36,654 bases of DNA from Thelocarpon superellum (taxonomy: Eukaryota): NCBI GenBank assembly GCA_026025795.1, contig JAPEUG010000146.1, positions 1 to 36,654 on the forward strand. The letters are read 5' to 3'. The translations under genes were made by a program, and so were the position numbers. Shown here piece by piece: positions 21,415 to 30,671 of this stretch; position 1 is the stretch's first letter, and each line of letters begins with the position of its first letter. The notes below the pieces were generated by a model, which worked only from the letters and a program-made list of their open reading frames with translations, ran no database searches and was not told the origin of the DNA.

Positions 21415-23379
21415 TTATTTCAGGGGCCGATAGACCTTCTCGAGCTGCTCCACCACCTCGCTGTACACGGCCGATTGGAAGTCGCCGTCTCCCAAGTTGG
21501 TCCCCCACGGGCCAAAGGAACAGTTTAAGCAACGGCGAATCACCTCGTAGTATTCCGGCCCCGCTTCACTGACGCCGTCTTGGTCGAGCCAATACTGCGC
21601 TGTGCAGTAGTCTGTCATGTCGTTGGGCGCGCCGTCCGGCCCCAGGTAGCGCGGCCGCGCACTGTGACTCTCGACCGGCACGCCGTAGCACAGCTCGAGC
21701 AGCATGATGCCCAGCGATCGGAGGCTCTTGCGGCACTCTTGCGACGCTTGGTGTCCGTCGCACGCCGCTGCCGTCGACGGCGGTGCGTGCGACACAAACC
21801 GTCGCGAGAGATACGGCCGCTCGAGGATGATGGGCCGAGAGGATCCCTCGCTGGCGCGAAGGAAATGAATGTCCCTCTTGCTCCACGTCACGTCCATCCA
21901 CGGCGTCCGGTAGAGCTGGAGTAGAGACGCCGCCAGTGTGACCGCTATTGCATACCGATCGCGCCGTGTCAGAACAAACTCATCTCGAGGAGTGGCGGAC
22001 GGGTTCTCGCGATGTCGAGCCGGGTGCAACAAGTGCTCCAGCGTCACGGTGTCCCGGTAGTTTCGTGCGGTCGCCCCATGCGAGGTGTGGTATATGGCGT
22101 GTCGCCGATTCTGGTCCTGTAGGTCCCGAAGATATCCCAGCGAACTCGGTGTGGAGCGATGCCCGACAGGCGCGCTCTGAAGGACGGAGCACAGATCGTA
22201 GATCTCCACCGACGGCTCGGTGACGTGTGCGGGCCCTGCGTCTCCTTGTCGCTCCGTCGGCGGATCCTGAAAAGCTACCTGCCGAGGTCGTCGCCGACCC
22301 CAGCGGCTGGTCGTGGCCGAACTTGCGTCGGAGAGTGCCATCGAGCTCGATGAGTCGGTATTCGAGGCTACCCTGGCAGGATGTTCCAGAGCTTCCTCGA
22401 CGATTCGAATCTCCGTCGCGTGTCCATTCCAGTCCATCGTCTGTTCATCCGTTGATAGGGAGAAGAGCACCCTCAGGTGGGCGTCCGATCGATCCCCCGG
22501 CGGCGTGGTCCTCCGCACCGCGTCTCCCATTCGTTTCTCTAGTAAGAGATCCGCTCGATGCTGCGGCTCCACCCTCGAGCACGTGCATCTCCAGCGAAGC
22601 CGCAGCACCTCGTAGAACGACGCGGCTTGATCGCGGATCCGCCGGAAGGCTTGCGGGGTCGTCCGTCGGCTCCGGGTGGGGAAGAGCCGCTCATTCTTTC
22701 GGAGCAGCTTCTCGAGCTCCTCGTTCCTGGTGGTCAAGTCATGCAAGATCCTTTGCAGCTTTCCTTTGTAGATCATGAACTTCAGGCGCCGGAGCTCGTA
22801 AGCGACATTGAGTCGTCCGATCTTTGTGCCCGTGCTGCCCGTCACAGTATACTGGTCATGTCTGACTTCACCGCCGTCGCCGGCGCCATCTGCCTCGCCT
22901 GAGACGGTGAAGCCGGCGCCAGTGGGCTACAAATGGCGGTTAGCTGGGACCCGCTTGACGGCACGCTTCGGGCGTATGTCGATCCACACCTTGCCATCCT
23001 TAATCCCAAGTCGTTCCGTCAGAGCCTCCAGTTTCTGGTGTATGTCATCGATGATGATTCGGAAGGGATCGTAAGCGTTGGCGTAGCGGTTTCGGAGGGC
23101 CTTGTCCAGCGCCGGATCCCGCCAGCCGTCGCTCCGCGAGTTCCGCAGCAATTCGTCCTTCTGCTCCTCCGGCCATGCGACCGGGCTGAGCAGCTCCTCC
23201 AGATTCCCTTCCCAGAGCACTTTCTGAACTCTGATGTCGTTGGAGAATCGCAGGAATGTCGTCCGAAAATTCCACCAGTCGTCGATGAACTCATAGCCCT
23301 CCTGATAGTGATCCAGTGCACCCATGATGAGTGGAAAGGCGGCAAGCACCAGCCCCGCCGTCTCGACTCCAGTCACCAT
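21415..23379 (-). CDS. HeLo-like N-terminal domain + degenerate kinase-like (DUF7580-type) domain, 2 exons, ~633 aa; putative cell-death effector
   Basis: Exons 23379-22990 and 22926-21415; 63-nt intron GTGTGG...GCTAAC...TAG. N-terminus MVTGVETAGLVLAAFPLI. C-terminal LTRRDRYAIAVTLAASLLQLYRTPW, WSKRDIHF, PYL, LGIMLLEL, Y..VIRRCL.C.F and VYSEVVEQLE. Confidence 0.82.
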
Positions 23380-23690
23380 GATGGCGTGCCAAAGAGAACT
23401 GCTCTTTCCATCGACGCTTCCGTCGGAGGCTCGCCGACAACCGGGGTGTCCGCGCCACTCTCGCCGAAGCCTCGTTTTGGGATGTCTTTCCCTTCCAAGT
23501 CATTGTCGTCGTCAAGTCTGTCAGCCTTGCTAGTGAGGGCCATGGCTCGACTTGCTGTGATTGGCTTGATTCTGCAGCGAGGTCTGCGCACGATAGGCTC
23601 AGCCGTCTCCCTCCAATCGCGCGATGGTCGCTCCTCAGCCCTGGAATGGTGGTGTCGTCTCACGTGCTGTGCTTTCGTCTTGCCCAGAGC

Positions 23691-23787
23691 GGGGCTCTGG
23701 GGCTCTGGGGCTCTAGGGGCTCTAGGGGCTCTAGGGGCTCTAGGGGCTCTAGGGGCTCTTGAGGCTCTAGGGGCTCTCGAGGCTCTC
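23691..23787. repeat. G-rich minisatellite, 11 units of ggggctct(a), between the divergent effector and NLR genes
   Basis: Units counted directly: 2 x 8 bp then 9 x 9 bp, including gaggctct variants. Six AGGGG junctions. Confidence 0.92.
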
Positions 23788-24000
23788 CGCGGCGACTTCT
23801 TCAGCCCCGCGCTGGTGTCAAGGTTTGGCCCGGGCCCATCCCCAAGACCAGAACAACCACCAAGCCGACGAGTTGGAGTGCTCGGCCAAATCCATGACGA
23901 TGGTAACTATGAGGGATCCAACTGGGTCGTTCAAGCCACGTGAAAGGATCAGATCCTACAGCTGAAGGACGGCGATACGACTGTGCTTGTGACTTGAGAC

Positions 24001-27000
24001 ATGGCAGTCGTTCCTGCCCCAAGATCCATCGCTGCACAGGCACAGTCGTGCCAGCATTCTTACATAGAATTGCACCTCCTGGCGTCTCAGCGAGGCAGAG
24101 CTGATGATGAACCACTAACAACATCTTCCCTCCTCGATGGGTTGGAACGCTTCAAGCTCTGGGCTGGTAACATTGGGGCTCTCCAGAAGGGCACAAGCTC
24201 GTTGGATCACCGCTTAAGAGGCGCTCCTTCCATCCATTCTCAAGTCCTCCGGCTTCTCGACGAGTTACATTTCACCTTGACCGAAGGTTGTGGCGTTGAC
24301 ACCTCTTGCAAGACACATGCTGATCCCCGGCACAGCGTCGTCCATCTTATCCGGTCAAAGGCCGCAGCGACATGCCTCGCCAACGGCCATGGCCACCCTC
24401 GAGGCCGAGTTCGCCGACCACGACGATTCGAGTTCGGCGGACTCAGGCAACGAGGCCACGGTGCCCATGCCAGAGCTCGAGCAGCTCTCTCGGAGCATGG
24501 CAGATACGATCACGTCTCTCTTCAAGCTCTCGCAGGCCATCCGACGCTCACCTCGGCGAAATCGTCGTGCCGGCGCAGTTGCAACGTCGCTGGAGCCGTA
24601 CAATCCCGTGTATGACATTCATTATGTACGGGATAAGTATGCCCATATTCGTGACGAATGGCTCGTCGAGAGGCTGGGGACGGCCATCACTCAGCGTCGA
24701 GAGTTCCTCCGGTATCAGAAGAATCATCGAGCCAAGCTTTCCCGCGAGGCTCTGTCCCGCCCACAGGACGAAGCCATTCAACCAGTTGCTTTGGCCATGC
24801 CCCTGGGTCCAAACACAGCAACTCCCAACCAGGTAGCGTCTGGTCTGCCTCGATCAGCAAAGTCAGCACCAATCACCAAGTTGTCGTCAACAGAGGCTAC
24901 CACATTTGTCGCGGAGGATAATCCAGAGGTCGAAAGGCAGTCAGTTGCGGACCAGTCGGACACGTCCTTTGCAAGCTCGGTCGGCGACACGACTGAACGC
25001 GGACGCCCCCTCCCCCCGCTACCGCCCGAGTCCGCCAACCAGACGCCATTTGAATGCCCACTTTGCTTCACGATCCAGGTGGTCAAAGGTCCGTTGGCAT
25101 GGAAGTGAGTTCTGTCCCGTCACACGCTTGACCGGGCCAGCATGCACTAAGCAACTCCAGAAAACATGTCTACAGCGATCTTCAGCCGTATCTCTGCATC
25201 TCAAAGGACTGCCCGTTGCAGCTGTTTTCCAGCCGACAGGAATGGTCGCTACACGATCTCAACAACCATCGCAAGGAATGGCGATGCCCCTCCTGTCCAC
25301 AACACAAGAGCGCCTCTCCTCACCTCCTAGAAGCCCACTTTCGAGATCGACATCCGGAGTACGCCGCGGCGCAATTTGCTGCGCTCGTCCTTCTGGGCGA
25401 GGCGCCTATTGAAAGCGTTGCGGCCTCGGCCTGCCCATTTTGCGACTGGGAGACGAAACTACGAGACGACAACCCGGATTTGGCAGTGGGTGTGACGGTT
25501 TCCGTAACGCATAAACAGTATCAGAAACACGTTGGTCGTCATTTGGAGCAGGTGGCGCGCTTTGCTCTTCCCCGCGCCGCTACTGCCGAGGATAGCTCGG
25601 CTCCAGGGTCCACTACAGCGAAGACAGCGATTGTTTCATCAGCGCCGTCGGGGTCCCGAGCAGGGAGCCGCGCTCATCCAATACTGGATCTGCATCAGCA
25701 TGTGTCAGCATGGTCGAATCGCGTGGATGTGCTGCCACAGGGCGCCGGGCGACTCGATGAAAAAGCGATGTTTCCGCGTGACAAGTCGTCTTCATCGGAT
25801 CATGACGGGTCGAGCTCAACGAGCACGAACCTGCTGATAGCAGACGTGGCGGACGAAGAAGGTCCGCGCATGGCTTTCTCAAGTCCCCCAGTCGATCACT
25901 CCCCAAAACCTCCCGAGTCCCCCGCTGCCTCAGCGGCAAACGAGGGCACCGAGGAGACAGGGGCTCGTGAACCTTACGACCAGAGTCTACAGATCCTAGA
26001 CTGGATCAGCCCCTTGGATTTTACTTCTCAAGAGACCGATCTGCTTGATCAGCGACTGCCGGGGAGTTACGACTGGTTCCTCAAGCTTGAACGATTCCGA
26101 GACTGGATGAACAAGGATGGGGGAAGATTGTGGTGCACAGGTGAGCGTAAGTTGGATTCCATCGTCCGTTGGATGAAGGGGTATGCTGACCTGACCCTAG
26201 CGGGAGCGGGCAAGACAATGCTGAGGTATAGCCTGCTCGACCTTGTGCTTTGTGATGGTCACTAACGTTGATGCGATAGTACCGTTGTGGCGGATCATGT
26301 ACGACGCGAATATCCGTCTAGAGATGTCGGAATCGCCAATTTCCTCTGTGATCCGACGTCTCGTTACCAGTCGTGTTGGGATTTGATAGCAAGTCTCTTG
26401 AAGCAACTGCTACAACAGTACATCCGACAGAACGGACGGCTACCCGAGAGGACCACCGAGTTCTACCAAAGCCACGTGCTCCATGCAACACGCCCGAGCT
26501 TAGAGGAGTATCTGGCTGAGATTGACTTCGTCATTTCCACCTTTACCCAGGTCTTCCTGATCGTGGACGGCGTCGATGAATTGCCAACCAGTGAAGGTGA
26601 TGAGATCATTCGCATTGCCTCGAACCGTCTCGCCCTTCGGAAAGCTAATATCATGCTTACTTTGCGACCGACTGCGAGGGTGGAAGACGCAGTCGGAAGC
26701 GATACACAAGTGGCTCTTCCGGGTGATGGTGCGGACTTGCGAGAGTACGTCAGTGATGCCTTGGATATGCGACAGTCTCTGGCAAAGCTAGTCCAGGAGC
26801 GTCCGGCTTTTCGAGAAGATATTCTCGACCGACTGTGCGATGCCAGCCGTGGCGTGTAAGTTACCTTGATCCGTCCTTTGACCAGCCTGTCTGAACCCAC
26901 CATAGGTTCTCCTTAGCCCGACACCATCTCGACTTGTTGGCGGAAACGGACAATTGGGACGATCTTTGGAATGCTATCAAGACGCTCCCGGAGACCATGA

Positions 27001-28484
27001 CGGAAACACATCTTCTACGCTGGGAAGCGATGAAAGGCCAAGGGTCGGCCAATTTCCATGTCGCGCAGAGGATTTTGAGCTGGACCTACTTCGGATATCG
27101 GCCCTTAAGCTTGGTCGAGCTTCGCCAGGCTCTTTTGGCCGACGATTCGGCCGGTCTGGACGTCAGAAAGATGATTCCGGCTGAGAAAATCGTCTCACTG
27201 TGCGGTGGATTTGTGCAGTCCGACCCTAAGACTACGTTGGTCCACTTCACAGACGAATCGTGTCGCGAATTTCTCCAAGCCCATCAAGACCTGCTCCCGC
27301 GCGGTCACGCGCGTCTAGCACGGACATGCCTTGCCTATCTCTCGTCTGATGCCTTCGCAACCGGTCCGTGCCCTGATCAACGTGCCTGGGAAGCTCGACA
27401 TCGAGCCGAGCCTTTTCTCGACTACGCCGTCCAATACTGGGGGGATCACGTCCGACAAGCGGCCGATGCATCAACGAGTCGACAGGCGCTGGATTTCTTG
27501 AGTCTTTGGACCTTCGAGCCCCACCTCGGTACCTTGCTGCAAGCCCAGACATTGTTCTCGACGTCAGGAAGCGCATTCATCACGACACTCCCACCTCATA
27601 GCCAGTCGAGGCTGATCGTTGCATCATCATTTGGATTGAAAGAAGCTGTCGTTGTGATGCTCCAAGAAGGGGCTGACGTCAACGCTCAGTCCTTTCATGG
27701 CGAGGCAGCACTGCACGCGGCTTCTCGAGCAGGCCACGCTGAGACTGTTGACACGCTGCTTGCAGCAGGAGCAGATGTCAATGCGCAGTCACTTGAAGGC
27801 AAGACAGCACTACAGGCTGCTTCTCGAGCAAGCCATGTTGAGATTGTGGACAGGTTGCTTGCAGCTGGAGCTGATGTCAGGACTCAATCACTTCGTGGCA
27901 AGACAGCACTGCAGGCCGCTTCTCGAGCAGGCCACGTTGAGATTGTGGACAGGCTGCTTGCAGCTGGCGCTGATGTCAGGACTCAATCACTTCGTGGCAA
28001 GACAGCACTGCAGGCCGCTTCTCGAGCAGGCCACGTTGAAATTGTGGACAGGCTGCTTGCAGCTGGCGCTGATGTCAACGCTCAGTCAATTCGTGGCGAG
28101 ACAGCACTGCAGGCCGCTTCTCGAGCAGGCCACATTGAGATTGTGGACAGGCTGCTTGCAGCTGGCGCTGATGTCAATGCTCAGTCCGTTGATCGTGACA
28201 GTGCTCTGCAGGCTGCTTCTCAAGCAGGCCATAGTGGGATTGTGCGGCTCCTTCTTCAGGCTGGAGCTGATGTCAACGCTCGGCTTCTTGATCTTAATAC
28301 TGCACTGACGGCTGCGTCTGGAGCAGGCCACACTGCAGTTGTGCAGCTCCTGCTTGAGTCTGGAGCGGACGTCAATGCCTTGACACTTCAAGGCGAGACA
28401 GCACTGCAGGCTGCTTCCAGTACAGGCCACATTGACGTTGTGCAGCTCCTTCTTCAGGCTGGCGCCGACTCCGACATACCTTAG
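24001..28484 (+). CDS. Fungal NLR: helical N-terminal domain + C2H2-like zinc fingers + NACHT + winged-helix + 9 ankyrin repeats, 6 exons, ~1406 aa
   Basis: Exons 24001-24286, 24336-25104, 25161-26146, 26201-26225, 26280-26855 and 26906-28484 join in frame (4221 nt). Motifs: RFKLWAGNIGA..SLDHRLR; FECPLCF..WKKHVYSDLQPYLC..DC; ILDWISP; Walker A GEPGAGKT; Walker B VFLIVDGVDE; RPLSLVELRQAL; FLDYAVQYWGDH; ANK repeats. Confidence 0.9.
27670..28470 (+). repeat. 99-bp ankyrin-coding tandem repeats; central units nearly identical at DNA level
   Basis: KTALQAASRAGHVEIVDRLLAAGADV units repeat with near nucleotide identity around 27800-28190. Confidence 0.92.
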
Positions 28485-29207
28485 CATCCAATTGGAGAAC
28501 CATGTCGGAGAGCGAAGGAGTCAACTACTTAGTGTGCATTATTAAATCCTGATTCAGCTCTCTACGAGTTACTCGTACAGCAAGATCAGCTTAGCGGGTC
28601 GTTCGGTAACCCTTCCTTCCATTTCCATCGTCCTCGGATCGTCCATTCTTTCTTTCTTTCTTCGCCGGTGGCCTCGTTAGGTGGTCGGTCGGTCGATCCT
28701 ACCTCGACAATATTTCAGAATCTCGATTGGGATGCCTGTGCTACGTCCGCATGTACGCACACGCAGAAGGTCGGACAGACGGATGGAACAGAGAAGGGAA
28801 GGGGGGGGGGGGTAAGATGCTCCGTTCACTGATTCATTGGCCCAGTCAGCCATTTGTTATATGGGCACCTACGCTTGAACCGTGGTCTCATGCCAACGAG
28901 AGGACAGGGTGCTGAGTCTATCCTATCGTCCCGTACAACATACATGTACGTATATGTCAATGTATGGTATCAGGACAACGACAACGACAACGACACGCAG
29001 TGTGTGAGGCGTGAGGCGTAAGGGACGAGGCACGGGGCAAAAAGTAAAAGGCCAAAGGCAGGAGGAAATAACCCCGACGCCAACCAAACTCCCCCGCCCT
29101 CCTCCTCCTCCGCATTCCTGCCTTTCCTTGCCTTTCCGGCCTCCCTTGTCTTTCTCTGCCATTTCCCGTTCAATCCCGGTCTCTTCCATTCCAGTCCCGT
29201 TCTCTTT

Positions 29208-29228
29208 CCCCCCCCCCCCCCCCCCCCC
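29208..29228. repeat. C21 homopolymer within a pyrimidine-rich tract downstream of the C2H2 gene
   Basis: Seen directly in the sequence. Confidence 0.85.
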
Positions 29229-29735
29229 GGCTCCCTTCCCTTCCACGGCTTTCAACGTCCGTGCCGCGCGCTAGACGAAAGGGCCGGAAAAACATCTCCG
29301 GTCGGAAACACGCCCAAAGAAATAGAGCAAGCCGTCGTCGCATTCCTTCCCTTTCCTTTCTTCGTATCCTCCCATTCTCCCAATTCCATCATTTCGTCCC
29401 TCGTCTCCACCTCCCCTCCGGTTCGCCTCCACCTTCCGCTTGCCTCATTGGTACGTGGATGGCCATTCGTGCCGCACCATCAATCATTCGTAATTACCCG
29501 AGCCATTATGAGATGAGCCAACAGACGAGCCGGTATTAGATGCAGCTATCCCCATCCCACCCCCTTTCCCAACCAAAGCACCACCCGTGAAAAGTGAGCG
29601 TAACAAAAAGATAAACCATCAGGCAGATCTGGACTCGTAAAAGGTTCGACGATTCGACAGTGACGAGTATCGTTCGAGTCTGCTTTCGACATGTGTCCAA
29701 AGGGGTATCATGAGAGCCGCGGAGGCGTCGTCGAC

Positions 29736-30671
29736 TCATTCGCGCCGATCCAAATTCGCGGCGAGGATCAGTGCATGGAGACCTGGAGTCATTGCAGTGG
29801 ATTTCCGCTGTCCGTCGACGTCGCAATGAGACGAGCGGAGTGGTGTCGGATGGGCGCGGGGCGGTGCGGGATGTCGAGACACACAGGGCGATGGGTCCGA
29901 TCGATTCGGGATCGGAAGGGCCGTGGACGTAGGCGACTTGGCCTCAGAGCCCAGTGCCAGACTCTTGGATTCAGTCAGGTGGGGGTGAAGGCGGGGAAGG
30001 GGAGATCCAGCACGCTTACTGGGTCGGCTTGATTGCCGCGGAGACGTCTTTGTGAATCCGCGCTCCGACTCCGCCTCCGCCTCCGCCTCCGCCTCTGCCT
30101 CCGCCTCCACCTCCGCCTCGCGACCGCTCTCGTGCGTCTTCAAGTGCTGTTTCATGTTGTCCTTCCGCGCAAAGCGCTTCGGGCACCGGGGACACACCAC
30201 CTTCTTCTCGCCCGTGTGCTTCTTCGCATGTCGCGACGCGTGCCCGGACGTGGTGAAGGTCTCCTCACAGCCATACTCCTCCGCCAGCTGGCATGGGAAA
30301 TTCTTCGACACCGGCTTCGACTTCGACGGCGACCCCGGTTCGTGCGATGACGAGGTCGAGTCTTTCCGCGGCGTTCCGGCCGCGGCAGGAAAATACTTCG
30401 TTGATGCGTGGAATGAGGCTGGAGAGCTTCGGGGTTCGTGGGAGAAGCTAGGAGTAGTGGGCGAAGGGGAATCATTGCTCCGATACGAGGAGAAAGAGTC
30501 TGAGCGCAACAGGTCCGGCGTAGGTGGAATCCCACGTGAGTGAATATGATGCGGTAGCGACATTCGAGATGTCGTCCCGCCATTGACGCCAGAGGCGTAA
30601 AGGACGCCCGCCGACGTGGCATCGTCGTTGAGCAATGAAATGGCTCGTCCGAGCGAGTTTCGACCGTTCAT
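29736..30671 (-). CDS. Two-finger C2H2 transcription factor, Nrg1-like, 311 aa
   Basis: FPCQLAEEYGCEETFTTSGHASRHAKKHTGEKKVVCPRCPKRFARKDNMKQHLKTH; the FTTSGH and RxDN finger signatures resemble Nrg1. N-terminal ISLLND motif, Ser/Pro-rich regions, and an (EA)n tract from a hexamer repeat at ~30060-30120. Confidence 0.88.
   Translation of the reverse strand: MNGRNSLGRAISLLNDDATSAGVLYASGVNGGTTSRMSLPHHIHSRGIPPTPDLLRSDSFSSYRSNDSPSPTTPSFSHEPRSSPASFHASTKYFPAAAGTPRKDSTSSSHEPGSPSKSKPVSKNFPCQLAEEYGCEETFTTSGHASRHAKKHTGEKKVVCPRCPKRFARKDNMKQHLKTHESGREAEVEAEAEAEAEAEAESERGFTKTSPRQSSRPSKRAGSPLPRLHPHLTESKSLALGSEAKSPTSTALPIPNRSDPSPCVSRHPAPPRAHPTPLRSSHCDVDGQRKSTAMTPGLHALILAANLDRRE

Noticed and set aside
22820..22926. 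Gly-rich linker (…HDQYTVTGSTGTKIG) as a HET-s-like amyloid motif
   Set aside because: Weak match, located inside the helical domain rather than at a terminus, and no counterpart at the NLR N-terminus.
23691..23787. Short-repeat arrays (also 34128-34211) as CRISPR-like or telomeric
   Set aside because: No spacers, eukaryotic context and no TTAGGG unit; these are simple tandem repeats.
22933..23943. 336-aa plus-strand ORF with GAL repeats
   Set aside because: Antisense of the effector's exon 1 plus read-through of the 9-bp minisatellite.
21300..28600. Transposon or Starship boundaries around the NLR pair
   Set aside because: No transposase or recombinase gene, terminal repeats or target-site duplication could be seen.
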